From contig MU058252.1 of NCBI GenBank assembly GCA_013265495.1, positions 2,204,244 through 2,268,243 on the forward strand: 64,000 nucleotides of DNA, in the 5' to 3' direction. This document shows, piece by piece, positions 50,666-63,834 of the stretch. The notes under the pieces are model-generated. The model was not told the origin of the DNA. It saw only the letters and a list, made by a program, of their open reading frames with translations, and made no database searches. A program made the position numbers and the translations under genes. The stretch comes from Vicugna vicugna. Taxonomy: Eukaryota. Position 1 is the first letter of the stretch. Each line of letters starts with the position of its first letter.

Positions 50666-51464
50666 GCGCTCATGCTGTCTGTGACCTCTGGCCCAACCCT
50701 GCGGATGAGGAGACGCAGAGAAAGGAGAGGACAGGCAGGTTACAGGGAGGAGACAGCGTTCCCGAAGACACCTCTGTTGGCCTGCCTCCTCCTTCATCTC
50801 TGCCTTCTTTTCCCTCACTCATCCCTCAGAGACCAGCCCCGCCCTGAGACACAGCCTAGCATTGGGTGTCCTGCCAACAAATCATCAGGGAAGCTCTGAA
50901 GCATTGCACACTGCATCTCAGAGGCCCCCGCCCATCAAGACGGTGAGGAGGTGCCAAGCCCCTGCTTGGAGATGTTTCTCAATACAGCACGGATCTCAGG
51001 GCCTCTGTTAATCAGAAAGCCATCAATTACAGTCATCACTGCCCCTTGCTGAGATTCTGTGGGAAGGGTAGGACTCGATGATGTTCCACTGCTAAGCTCT
51101 TCCTTCCGACAGAGCCATTAAGGCCGCGTGGCATAGAGAACGATCCTGGTGAGCCGGCGGTGGCCGGTGGAGGTACAGACGGATTCTGAAGCTACATCCC
51201 CACTCTGCCTCGCCAGCTCCAGGCACCTCTGTGGTGCCCAAGGGCTCCCTGGATGGCAGAACTTACAGAGTGTTTCACAGTCACTGGGCTACATGACCTC
51301 CAAGGCTTTGCCACCTCTGAACCCTGCTTCACTCTCTTCTTCCTGCTGATGAAGAGACAGTCAGACATTCCTGCAGGGGAGGCTTCACCATGAAATGTTA
51401 TTATTATAGAGCATTAATATGCAAAATGCTGTGTTTAAAATTTCAAGATGAAAAGAGGGAAGGC

Positions 51465-52054
51465 AAAAAAATGAAAAATAGACTTACCATATGATCTAGC
51501 AATTCCACTCCTGGGCATATATACAGAGGGAACTGTAATTCAAATAGATACACACACCCCAATGTTTGTAGCAGCACTGTTTACTATAGCCAAGACATAG
51601 CAACAACCTAAATGTCCATCAACAGATGACTGGATAAAGAAGCTGTGGTATATTTATACAATGGAATACTACTCAGCCATAAAAAGAATGGAATAATGCA
51701 TTTGCTGCAATGTGGGTGGACCTGGAGATCGTCATTCTAAGTGGAGTAAGCCAGAAAGAGAAAGACAAGTACCATATATGACTTCTATGTAGAATCTTTT
51801 TAAAAAAGGACACAAATGAACTCATTTATGAAACAGAGACAGACTCACAGACATATAAAATAAGCTTAAGGTTACCAGGGGAGAAAGGGGCTGGGAAGAG
51901 ATAAATTGGGAGTTTGAGGTTTGCAGATACTAACTAATATATATAAAACAGATAAACAACAAAGTCCTGTACAGCACAGGGAACTGTATTCAATAACTTG
52001 TAATGGCTTATAGTGAAAAAGAATATGAAAAGGAATATATACATATATAAATGA
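51465..52054 (+). mobile_element. L1 3' fragment lacking its last ~60 nt
   Basis: ATAGACTTACCATATGATCTAGCAATTCCACTCCTGGG...; similarity to sibling copies stops after GGAATATATACATATATAA. Confidence 0.92.
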
Positions 52055-52365
52055 AGAAAATGTGCAGTGAGAGAAGGGAATCTGTCTGATTTCCTTTCAC
52101 CCTCCCGGGGAGTAAAGACACTGAGACACCGGGAGGCTGCACTTCCCAGGGAGTGGCAGGGACAGCTTGGTGTGCACGGCGGGGACAGCCCGGTGCCCGC
52201 CGGGCTTTGCAGGCGTTGCCACCGGAGCCCTGGGTTTTCCCGACTCCCGCAGGTTTTGTCGTCTGTGCTGCTCTTTGTGTTGTATTGTTTCCCAGGTGTA
52301 TGATTTCAACATTGCAGCTTTACCAACTTCTTCATATATTTAAAAGTTAAAAAAGAACACTTTAA

Positions 52366-52560
52366 CATACACCGTACTATACATAAAATAGATAAACAAC
52401 AAGGTCCTACTGTGCAGCACAGGGAACTATGTTCAATATCTTGTAATAACCTCTAATGAAAAAGAATAGAAAAAGGAATATATATGTGTATGTGTAACTG
52501 AATCACTGTGCTGTACACCAGAAACTAACATAGCATTGTAAACTGACTAGACTTCAACAG
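52366..52560 (+). mobile_element. Short L1 3'-end insertion with TSD
   Basis: TSD AAAAgAACACTTTAA 52351-52365 vs AAAAaAACACTTTAA 52561-52575 (14/15). Confidence 0.92.
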
Positions 52561-53875
52561 AAAAAAACACTTTAAGCTAAAAAGGGCAGTTTAGATACAA
52601 AGTTTAGCTGTGCTACAGGGCAGAAGCAGGTAAATGGGTCCCACGGGACTTGGGTGACCAGCCAGCCCGCCCAGGTCGTGGCTGTTTGTATATTCTGGGA
52701 AGAATGAGTCTTGGCTGACTTTTCATACCTCTGACCACCTCACTCCCAGTAGTCGGTGCCTGCCATTGTAATAGGATTTGTGGACTAATAAAAGCAAGAC
52801 TTGCCCCAAGTATTTCTTTTATAGACCCGCAACAGTGCCAGAAAGGTCTGCATGGCTCGGCCTGACGCCTCACGGCTAAAGGCTTCCTAAAACACAGGAA
52901 GACTTGGCTGTGTCTCATTCATCACTGTACGGCTAGTTCCACATTTCTGGGGGATATAGTATGTGTCCTGAAGCTACTGGATAACCTCTAATCGTTCAGT
53001 GCGCTCACACAGGAGTGGGGGTGTGGATGGATCTGGATGAATAGAGTTGGCTCGTGTAATGATGGGAACTGTGTTGAGAAGGATTCTGAGGATGCATCCA
53101 TTGGCTCCAGAGGAAGGTCTGTCGTGGGTGAGTGAGGGAGGAACGGCGTCACATGTGTCTCAAGCCCTCGTCTTGGCTTTAGAAATTACAACAGGCAGCA
53201 GAAGGCGGCCTGAGCCCAGAGCAGAGAACCAGAGGTGGGTCTGACTGAGAGATCTGGTGGCAACTGGGCCGTGCTGCCTCAGTCCGCCCCTGTCTTTCTG
53301 TTCTACAAATGTCAGGATGGCTACTGTCATGGCATTTCAGAGCTGTGAGTTTGGAGTAAAACAGGACATTTCGAGGGGAAGGAATAAAGGAAATGGGGGG
53401 GAAAAAGAATAAAGAATGACTTAAGGAAAAGAGAAAACGGCTTTGGCTCATTTCTGAGGCGTCCAGAAGGTTCGGTCGTAACCACAGGGAGAAGGGCAGT
53501 TGCTGCTGATTTTACAGGATCTGTTTGGCTGTGTCGGACGCCGAGAGCAGACGTCTTCTGGGGTGTGGAGGAACTACAGAAGCCCTCACGAAGCCGTCCG
53601 ATGGCTGTGGGGTAGCCCCCGAAATGCGCCACTCGGAGCTTACCATCCTGTGCTCGTGCGTCCCAGGGAACAAGATTGAAAGGAAAAAATTAAACCTTTG
53701 TGGTACTTGGGGGATATGAGTGTTGAACAATGACAAGTGCTTTCAGAGACAAGTCAGCCCTCCACTGGCTCAGTCTTGCCCCAAATCCACAGCCACTCCG
53801 TAAGAGCTGAGTGTGCCGGATGCTGTCCTGACACAGGACTTTCTGGTTCTGGTGGGCAGGGGTGCCTTTATGGGG

Positions 53876-54366
53876 TGTATCAGCAAGCTGCTGCTGTTGA
53901 AGCACCCCAAACTCAGCGGGCTTAACACATCAGTCACTGAGTTGCTAGCATCAGGTGTCGGGCTTGGATGACCTTGGCTGACCTTGGCTGTGCTCTGTTG
54001 TCTGCTGCTTGGCCGGCTGTTTCATGCTGACGCTGCGTCCTCATCTCCAGCCCCAGCCTGTGGGGTGTCCTGGCCAGGCAGCCCTGCTGCAGGGGTCTCT
54101 CCTCCTCCTCCTCCTGCACGAGGGGGCATGGTCTCCGCATGGCCGCAGCAGAAATGCAAGAAAGCCAAGTGGACACAGGCAAGATCTCTGGAGGCAGAGG
54201 CTCAGAGCAGGTGCCCTGTCATGGCCCTCTCATTCTATTGCTCCAGACAAGTCCACGGCCAAGGGACAGGGAAGCACATCCCACCCCTTTTGCAGAAGGC
54301 ACTGCAGGGTACGTGGACTCGGCCCAGAAAGGGCGGAGGATGAGGCCGTTAGTGCAGCTGACCACC
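53876..54366 (-). mobile_element. MaLR solo LTR (older MLT1-like)
   Basis: CACCCCAAACTCAGCGGGCTTAA...CATTCTATTGCTCCAGACAAGTCCACGGCCAAG. Confidence 0.7.
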
Positions 54367-54399
54367 TGAGAGCCCGCTGATGCACTAACAACCACTCCA

Positions 54400-55112
54400 T
54401 GCAGTTTGGGGCAGTCACTGTGGAAAACAGTGTGGAGATTCCTTTAAAAAACTAAAAACAGACTTGCCCTATGATCCAACAGTCCCACCCCTGGGCATAT
54501 ATGCAGAGAAAACTAATTCAAAAAGATACATGCACCCCAATGTTCACAGCAGCACTATTTACAATGGCCAAGACATGGAAACAACCTAAATGTCCATTGA
54601 CGGATGACTGGATAAAGAAGCTGTGGTATATTTATACAACGGAATACTACTCAGCCATAAAAAGGATGAAATAATGCCATTTGCAGCAACATGGATGGAC
54701 CTGGAGATTGTCATTCTAAGTGAAGTAAGCCAGAAAGAGAAAGAAAAATCGCATACATGATACCACTTCTATGTGAAATCTTTAGAAAGAAAAGACACAA
54801 ATGAACTTATTTACAAAACAGAGTCAGACTCACAGACATAGAAGACAAACGTATGGTTACCAAAGGGGAAATAGTGGGGTGGAGGGATAAATGGGGAGCT
54901 CTGGATTTGCAGATACTAACTGATAAATATAAAATAGGTAAACAACAAGGTCCTACTGTACAGCACAGGGAACTATATTCAATACCTTGTAATGGCCTAT
55001 AGTGAAGAAGAATATGAAAAAGAATATATATGTGTGTTTATATGACTGAATCACTATGCTATACACCAGAAACTAACACAACGTTGGAAATCGACCATAC
55101 TTCAATTAAAAA
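54400..55112 (+). mobile_element. 5'-truncated L1 of about 710 bp
   Basis: Encodes IQKDTCTPMFTAALFTMAKTWKQPKCPLTDDWIKKLWYIYTTEYYSAIK; weak TSD AAcaACCacTCCA 54387-54399 vs AAtgACCgtTCCA 55113-55125. Confidence 0.95.
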
Positions 55113-56218
55113 AATGACCGTTCCAGACCCTGAACGTGTCCAGGCAGCCCTGGGGAGTCCGTGGGAAGCACATGGGTGGGTGGTCATGACTGACACTCAC
55201 CCTTGGGTTCCATATTGCTTTTTGTGGACATGCTGAGTTTTAGATCCCTGAACTGGTATAGAAGTTTGGTTCTTGGATTTCTTTTCCTTCATCAGCTCAT
55301 GAATCAACCGCATTTACCAGGTAGCTGCTAGATGAGATGTCTCTGCTAAGTCCCGGTTCATGGAGCCAGAGGGGGAGAAGGGCTAACGTTTACTGGGTAA
55401 CCACCTCACATCAGGAGCTGCGGTACAAACTGTGTCATCTCCAGATTAAGTGGGACACGCGTTTCGGTGGGGGGACGCTACGGGCTTTCCTCTGTTCAGG
55501 CATGTTTCCGAGGTCGAGCACTCTTGGAGACCTTGCTGCTGAGTTTCCAGGGTTTGAGCTCGAATGCAGAAAATAAAAATCTGTAAGGGAAGGTTTCCTG
55601 TGGCTTTGGAGATGGCTGTATTTGTGATACCTAGGAAACAGTGATAAACAGAAGCCCTCCCAACTCTGAACTGATGTTTAAAGGATATCTGTGGGCACAG
55701 TTTGAAGCCACAAAGATTCCCCTCAGAGCAGGAGTGAACATTTCCTCTGCATCGCTAAAGATTTTCTGGAATTTTGCCAGCAGCTTCGCAGGGCTTATGC
55801 TGTTTATATGGAGAATTGTGTACAACTTTTGACTTGTTCGAGATATCATAGTTTTGCTTCTTATTGGATATGCATCTATAACTACTGCCTCAATACAGTG
55901 CCTTGCCCTTCCTGTGGGCTCGCTGCACATTTGCCTTCTGTTATGGTTGTCAGGTTTTAAAGACGGTCATTACGGTCGGTTAGGTCAGAAGATATCATTT
56001 CCTTCTGCTCTTTTCTGTGTTTTCATCTTTTTCAAAATAGGAGTCCAATCAGACCTGAAAAAATAACTTTATTTGATGATCTACCAAAAGCCCTGTTAGG
56101 CATGATACGAATTCTTATTCTCCAAGAGTCTGTGTTGGCAAACAATGCGAAGGAGTTGAGATTGTAAGAAAAGGACTGCTTTTCAGATTGCAGTTGGAGG
56201 TCTTTAATCCTAATTCTT

Positions 56219-56880
56219 TGTTTTAATTGAAGTCTAGTCGAATTACAATGTTGTGTTAGTTTCTAGTGTGCAGCATAGTGATTCAGTTATATATAAATAT
56301 ATAGTCTTTTTCAGATTCTTTTTCATCATAGGTTATTACAAACTATCGACTACAGTTCCCTGTGCCGTGCAGTGGGACCTTGTTGTTTATCTTTTCTGTG
56401 TATAGTAGTTTGTATCTGCTAATCCCAAACTCTTCATTCATGCCTCCTCCTCCTTCCCCCTTTGGTAACCATATGTTTGTTTTCTGTGTCTGAGTCTGAC
56501 TCTGTTTTATAAATAAGTTCACTTGTGTCATTTTTTTAAGATTCCATGTATAAGTGATACTTATTTGACTTTCTCTGTCTGACTTCACTTAGTATGATCA
56601 TCTCCAGGTCCATCCATGTTGATGCAAATGGCTTGATTTCATGTCTTTTTATGGCTGAGTAGAGTTCCACTGTATGTATACGCCATGTCTCCTCTACCCA
56701 GTCATCTGCTGATGGACGTTTAGATCACTTCCAGGTCTTGGCTGTTGTAAATAGTGCTGCTGTGAACAGTGGGGTGCAGGTGTGTTTTTCCAGTCATGTT
56801 TTCTCATATGCCCAGGAGTGGGACTGCTGGATCATATAGTAACTGCATTTTTAGTTCTTAAGGACCCTCCATACTGTTTT
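56219..56880 (-). mobile_element. 5'-truncated L1 of about 660 bp
   Basis: Reverse L1 3' end; degenerate TSD TTTAATCctAaTTCTT 56203-56218 vs TTTAATCacAgTTCTT 56879-56894 (13/16). Confidence 0.95.
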
Positions 56881-58245
56881 TAATCACAGTTCTTACCCCT
56901 AGAAGACCCCCAGTCTGACTAGACTCTGGCAGAGCTCTGCTCTGCCCTGTGGGATCATCTGAAGCAGCCCCCGGGCCATCAGGGCAGCAGGCCTCTCTGC
57001 CCGGGGCCCCGGCCCCGCCTGGGTCTGTGCGGGCGGGGATGGGGCTCGCTCTGGCTGGCTCTGCTTGTTCCCACGGGTGCACAGCAGCTGAGAGGCAGCA
57101 GGGTTGGTGGTTGGTCTCGTGGTCGGGGCCTGGGAGCCGACCTTCGATTCTTTTCATGCAAAGTTAATTTTCTGGGAAGGAAGTATATGACGCCATTAAT
57201 ATTACTAAGTAGAATCCGGCTTAGGGGCTGGGAGATGCTGGAAACAGGCCTGAAGACTGGGACTCAGGAGAGAAGCTCGGGGGGCCACAGAGGGCGGGGT
57301 TGTGGGGGAGTCCCGCTGGGGCAGCTGTCACCCAGGAGGCCGGGCCTGCAGCGGGGCTCATTTCGGGCAAGGTGTGGCCTGCTGCTTCCCCGGAGGGGAG
57401 GACGAGAGGGGACAAGGGGGAAGATTTCCTTCCACTCCCACTTGAACTTCATGTTGAACAGCAGTGCGGTGTGTTTTCCAAGAGGGGCGGAGTGTGTGCC
57501 ACCTTGACAATGTGGCTGGTGTGTGCATTTGTCCAGCATTGCATGGGTACCTGGCTCGAGGGAGACTGTATCTCAGTGAAGTGGGCAGGCCTCGAGGCTC
57601 CGGGGCCCGGGGCAGGGCTGGTCCTGGGGGGATGTGAGCAGCTGCAGGGCTGGGGGAAGCCAGACCTCAGTGACCCGTCCAAGGAGTTAGTGCCAAGGGG
57701 TCCGGCCAGTGGGTGAGGTTCAATGATGGGGACACGGCTCGCAGGAGGGCGGAGGGTCTGTACCGTCCTTGTTCTGTAACAACACACACATTGTTGAGGA
57801 CAAACCATCAGCAGCAGTGGGCTTACACCTCAGGTGTTTCCCCTCGATGCCGGGTAGCCCCCGGGATGCTGGAGGCTCAAGGTTGCTCATTCTGTCTGGT
57901 CAGAGTCAGAATCTGTCCTGTCTGCAGCCCTCAGGATGGCCTTTGTTGTAGCAAGAGATGGCATTAGAGGGCCAGAGGCAGAAATAGGTTTTCTTCCAGG
58001 TTCTGTTATCTGCGCCTCTGGTTTCTTGCTGAATGTCCACAGGTGTGCGCAAGTGCTAAATTCAGCTGCCTTTGAAGTCACAAGAAAGGCGCCTCCAGTG
58101 GTGCCCGCTCCCGCCAGCCAAGCCGAGGATTGTGTAAGTCAGCCCTGCAGCCTCGAGGCCTGAGCGGGACGTCCAGTTCCACCACGACCCGCTGGCGGGA
58201 CGTTGCCTGAGTTAATTGCCTCTCTGTGCTTCAGTCCCTCACCGG

Positions 58246-58379
58246 AATTAGTGACATCGAGCATCTTTTCATGTACCTACTGGCCGTCTGCATGTCTTCA
58301 TTGGAGAAATGTCTGTTCAGGTCTTCTGCCCATTTTCTGATTGGGTTGTGTTGTTTGTTGTTGTGGTTATTGAGTTGTA
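58246..58379 (-). mobile_element. Inverted L1 ORF2 segment
   Basis: AATTAGTGACATCGAGCATCTTTTCATGT...GGAGAAATGTCTGTTCAGGTCTTCTGCCCATTTT...TTATTGAGTTGTA is reversed L1 ORF2. Confidence 0.9.
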
Positions 58380-58812
58380 CGACTCATCCATTAAAAAAAA
58401 AATGAAATCATGCCATTTGCAGCAACATGATGGACCTGGAGATTATCACACTAAGTGAAGTAAGCCAGAAAGAGAAAGAAAAATACCATATGAGATCATT
58501 TGTCTGTGGAATCTAAAAAAAAAAAAAATGACACAGGTGAACTTATTTACCAAACAGAAACACTTACAGACATAGAAAACAAACATGGTTACCAGGAAGG
58601 AAAGGGGAGAGGGAAGGGATAAACTGGGAGTTTGGGATTTACTATATATAAAATAGATAAACAACAGGGTCCTGATGAAGTAGCACAGGGAACTGTGTTC
58701 AATATGTTGTAACAACCTATAATGAAAGAGAATATGAAAAGGAATATACATATGTGAATCACTGTGCTGTATGCCAAAAACTTACATAACATTGTAAACC
58801 GACTATACTTTG
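58380..58812 (+). mobile_element. Younger L1 3' fragment
   Basis: ATGCCATTTGCAGCAACATG...CATTGTAAACCGACTATACTT; same 3'UTR type as 54400-55112. Confidence 0.92.
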
Positions 58813-59630
58813 AAAAAGCCCCACAAATAACAAATACTGGCAAGGACGTGGAGAAACAGGCACCCTCCCACACTGTCGGTGGGAATGTAAATTGGTGCAG
58901 CCACTGTGGAAAATAGTATGGAAGTTTCTCAAAAAACTAAAAATAGAACTACCATATGATCAAGCAGTTCCACACCTGGTTATGTATCTGAAAAAAAATG
59001 AAAGCAGTTCCTCAAAAATATACATATACCCAAATGTTCACAGCAGCGTTATTTACAACTGCCAAGACATAGAAGCAACGTAAGTGTCCATCAACAGATG
59101 ATTGGATAAGGAAGATGTGGGCACATATACACATATGGAATATACACACATATACACTTATGTGTATATAGATACACACATATACACAATGGAATACAAC
59201 TCAGCCATAAAAAAGAATGCTATCGTGCCATTTGCAGCAACATGAATGGGCTTGGAGGGTATTAGGCTAAGTGAAATAAGTCAGAGAAAGACAAATACTG
59301 TATGATATCACTTATATATGGAATCTAAAAAAATACAACAAACTAGTGAATATAACAGAAAAGAAACAGACTCACAGATACAGGGAACAAACTAGTGGTG
59401 ACGAGTGGGGAGAGGGAAGCAGGGGGGCAAGTAAAGTGGCAGAGGGTTAGGAGGTACAAACTACTACGTATAAAATAAATACACTGCAAGGATATTTGTA
59501 CAGCACAGGGAAATTAGCCAATATTTTATAATAACTATAAATGGAATATAATCTCTAAAAACGGTGAATTTCGGCTTTGTACACCTGAAACTTACATCAT
59601 ATTGCACATCAGCTATACCTCCATTTAAAA
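58813..59630 (+). mobile_element. Older L1 3' segment (forward arm)
   Basis: Encodes [28 protein letters not shown]; older-type 3'UTR ending CAGCTATACCTCCATTTAAAA. Confidence 0.92.
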
Positions 59631-59669
59631 GCTCCCCAGATGAGCAGTCAGGGGTAATAGCTTCTGACT

Positions 59670-59800
59670 GATTCTCTTGCTTTCACCCTCATGACAGCCC
59701 TGAGAGAACTGGACAGGGGTCATTGTGCCTGTTCTATAGATGAGGAAGGCAGCACCCGGAGGGTAAGATGTGTGTGAGGTCCCATGACGAGTCGGTGTGT
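59670..59800 (-). mobile_element. MIR fragment
   Basis: CCTCATGACAGCCCTGAGAG...CTGTTCTATAGATGAGGAAGGC. Confidence 0.7.
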
Positions 59801-62800
59801 TGCTCAGGATAATCACAGCTCAGTTCATTAGGGAGTGCTGCCTAGATCTCAGCAGCTTAGCCCAGGGAACAGGCATTACCTACAGCACTGGTAACCGCCA
59901 GTGGGTGGCTCCCTGGGTCGCCCTCTGATGAGGGTCTGGGGTCTTCCCCTCCTTCCATCCAAGCCCGTTTCCTCCCCTCTGCAGTCGCCCATCTCAGGGC
60001 CCTTCACTCCCAGGTGTGTGGGCGGAAGGTAGAGCTTGGTGATGCTCACGGCCAGCCTGGCGCTGACGACCAAGCCCTCAGCCCGTGTTGCACTGGCCGC
60101 AACGCAGACATGCGGCCCCCCCTGGATGCAGGGCGAGGTGGAGTCTCCCTGTGCGTTTAGGAGGAACAGTCCAGTCTGGGGCGCGTGGAGTAGTTTCCAC
60201 CATGGCTAACGACCTGAAGGAGATGAAATCTAATAGCGGGGTCTTCTTTGAGTCTGTGTTCCCACCGACGTTTTCTTTCATCAGCACGACAATCCAAAGA
60301 GGTCGTTATCATCTCCCCCCGTCTGAAGGATGAGAAACAGATTCAAGAAACCTCAGCGACTTGGAGAAGGCCTCGCTCAAGGAAGCGGGGAGTCAGGCGG
60401 CTCGCGGTCACCACCGCCTCCAAGTCCAGGGCGGCTCTGACTGCGGGCTCGGGCTGACACAAGTCTGCACTGACTGGCGGGGAAACAAAGACAACGTAAG
60501 TAAACATTTCTGGAGTGTTTCCCTGTTTCCAAGAGGAAATGTGGAATTTTTCTACCTCCTTATACCTGTTCCTACCTCTCCTGGGGGCCTTCTCTCTGAA
60601 AGCCTCCCGGAAGATACCGTCTTCCCTGGGTCAGCAGCTGCAGGACGTGCAGTAATTAGGAGTGTTATTTGTAACGCCCAGAGGACTTCTGCACATTATA
60701 AACCATCATCAGCATGTCAGCTGCCTTCCAGCGGAAACACCCTCCACGGCTGGTTTCTGCTGCACAGACACCAGGTCTGTTTCCAAACAAGAAGTCTCTC
60801 GAAAGCCAGTGGCCTGAGAAGAGTTGGTCTACGTTGCCTTTCTCCTCACTTTAGCTGCCTCTCCCCAGTGGCCATGTTTGCTGGGGTCCAGCTGAAGCCA
60901 GTTCCTCAGGGAGCCCAGAGCCCCCAGCCAGCTCAGGGAGCCGCCACCTGTCCGTAGCATATGGTCTGAGGGCGTCTCAGCGCCAGCCTGCCCAGCTGGC
61001 CCAGGGCTTCCGACTGTGAGCTCATCCTCTTTGGAAGACAGATCGGGCTTGGCCAGCGCCGGGCCCGGTGACCTTCGAGCACTAAGGCTCTGGGAGAACT
61101 CAGCAGGCTTCCAGGCCCCTGTGAGTCACCCCTGACCCTTGGCCCTGGCTCCATGGGAGGGACCCAGAGCCCCTCCTGGCTGGCTCCTGCTGAGACGGAG
61201 AGCAGGCGTCATGACCACCCCGCATCCATCACAAGGGTCTCCTCTCTCCTCCCAGCCTCAGTTCACGGTCAGGGGTTCCAGGCCAACACACTCATACACC
61301 TTCTGTGCTTTCTGATGGGCAGGGACCCTGCGGGTCTTTCCTGCTCTGCTGGCCCTGAGCCCTCGCGGCATCAAGTGCCCCTCCTGCCTCACCCCAGAGG
61401 TGGCTGCCACTGTCTCGCCCCAGAATTAACTCCTCAGCCATGAAAAGATTTAAGGATGCAGCTGGATTGCACAGTGCGAGCACGAAGACCCCTCAGCCAT
61501 GTTCTCAGGCATTTGTAAAAAACCAGATCTTAGTCCTTAGGCCCTGCATCCAGCTCACCTGTCTGACAGCAGGAAAGTGACATCTCATGTGCCGAAGGTC
61601 ACGAGGTAATTAAAGACAGACGTCCTGTGACCAGAGGAATCTCCACTGCTGTCACTCCTAGCGAGGAGGGCGTCGTGGCAGAGGGACGAAGGTCATCTCC
61701 TTTCCTTCCAAGGTGGTTCAGCGTGTGGCTCTTCCTGTCCCGGGACTGCCGGCCGCTGACGTCAGTGCACCTTGGCTGCATCCAACCAGCGCTGGACTTT
61801 TGCCTTCAGCCACATGCCTCTCAACAAAGAATATAAATCAGCTTCATGCCTTCTCCATGTTGCTGCATCCACCATTCAGAAAAAGAGCACAGCAAATCCG
61901 CCTCAGCAAACTCACACGCGCCACTGTCATCTGTGCCATCGGGAGGGCCATTTATAGACAGTTACAACGGGCGTTCAAAGGGCCTGGCGGGTGCAACCTC
62001 GGGGTCCCAGAGAACTCACATCAGACAGTCCACAGTGGAGACCACTCCTCAGGGGTCCCAGGATGATGGAAGTCAGAGCCGAGCTCATCAATTAAACCAG
62101 AGCCACTTATTTATCATAGTCTCTGCCGCCTGCTGCCGGATGATTTCTCAGGAATTAATGAGCCTCTGTACTTGCGTATCAATATCTTGTTTGATTTCAA
62201 ACCAGAAAATGAAACGCAGGCCTGGGTTTTGTTCTCGGTGTCTATTTTTTTATGTTATCGATCCAGATGGAACCACAGAATGGATTCTCTCTTCAATTCA
62301 TTTTTTTAAAAGGGCTTTGATTTTCATCTGTGATGAATGAAGGGGAGTTGGCCTTCCGGAGGTGCAGCTTGAAGTCGCTGAAGTGGTCCAGAGTTTGGAA
62401 ATTCTATGAAACCTGACTGTGCAATTGGATTGACGTTGTGCTGAGACCGAGCCCTCGTGCCAGACTCGTGCCCAAGTCCATTTGGTCCCTGGCACGCAGC
62501 CCTGGAGGGATGGTGTTTGGTCTTGTTGCCTTGGCATTTCAAATGCTGCTGCATCTGGCTCCCATCCGGGTCAGAGGGAGTCGGGACTGGACGTGGGCGG
62601 CACTTCAGCAAAGCAGAGTCGTAGGAGGGGCAGCGTGTAGAGCGTTCCCCGCTGTGCATCAGGGATGAGGCTGAGCGCCAGGTGACCCCGCCTGCAGCCC
62701 GTCTGTGTCCCCTCACATCGCCTGGTCGGCCGACACGATCCCCTTCCGCAGGGCCACAGATTGCCCCTCCAGCCCCCAGAGAGGAAAGGGTGGACCCTTC

Positions 62801-63454
62801 CTTGATTCAACACAAGTCCCCAGGGCTTGCAAACTGCATCACGGAACTTCCACGTGGGAGGCGGAGTCATGGTGGGTATGACGCCCGCCCTACTTTCAAG
62901 CAATGGGAAATGGACGCACGGAGCCTCACGTCCTGATGGGAACGAGAACTCGCCTCTCCAGCTGGTGTTTCCGTCAGGAGACCCCACTGCTTGATTTGTG
63001 GTGTTTGGGACTCACACTCTGGGTTCTGTCTTTGGATCATTCCGCAGCTCAGCAGGCAGCTGAACTCTAAGCTAATCTCAATAGGGAGGCAAAAAAAAAA
63101 AAAAGAATTGTTTGTTTTTACATGGGCTGCGAGACTTATAAAGTAAGCTTAGTTCATGAAAAAGAAATGAGAAAGATTGTATTTGTCTTCTCTCTATGAA
63201 AATAATGTCCAAGGCAAGAGATACTGCTGCTCCGTATTGTTATTTCTACCCAGAGCATTCTTTCTCCCCTAAGGCAACTGTTTCTTTGAAAGCACTAGTT
63301 GGTGCCGGTCGCCAAGCCCATCAAACAAAAAAGCAGTTTTTCTAACAAAATGTAATTCCCTGAGGGTGCTTTTAAAGAATTTGCCAAATGCGTCCTTGAG
63401 ATCAGTAACAGGAAGTTTCGTGCTGGGAAGGACCTGAGTGATGACCTTGCTCAC

Positions 63455-63745
63455 CTTCCAATGAGGAAACTGAGGTTCAGAGAGGCAAACACTATGTCAC
63501 AAATCTAGGAAATTGGAAAGCTCGTCTTCAGACCCATGAACAGCGATTGTCACGTGAACGTCCTTGTGATGAAACTACAGCATGAGGGAAAGGGGGATAA
63601 TGGTGGCCAGACCAGCTACAGACCAGGTAGGTGCCATCATCTCTGTTCTCCAGATGGTAAAACTCAAAGACGTTAAATGACCCACCTGGGGTCACAAAGA
63701 GAAGAATGTCAGACCTGGATTTAGCACCTGGGCTGGACTAACCAG
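63455..63745 (-). mobile_element. Two MIR fragments
   Basis: ATGAGGAAACTGAGGTTCAGAGAGG and TCCAGATGGTAAAACTCAAAGACGTTAAATGACC...GGTCACA. Confidence 0.7.
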
Positions 63746-63834
63746 AGAGCTAATTCCTTTGTTTATTTTCTTCCCATTATAGGAGAGTGATTTTTAGTTA
63801 TCTTTTTTTTAGGCAGAGAAGTTCCTTCCAAAGA

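Noticed and set aside
51465..52560. One L1 split by a ~300-bp insertion
   Set aside because: The second piece overlaps the first in consensus position and has its own TSD, so these are two insertions.
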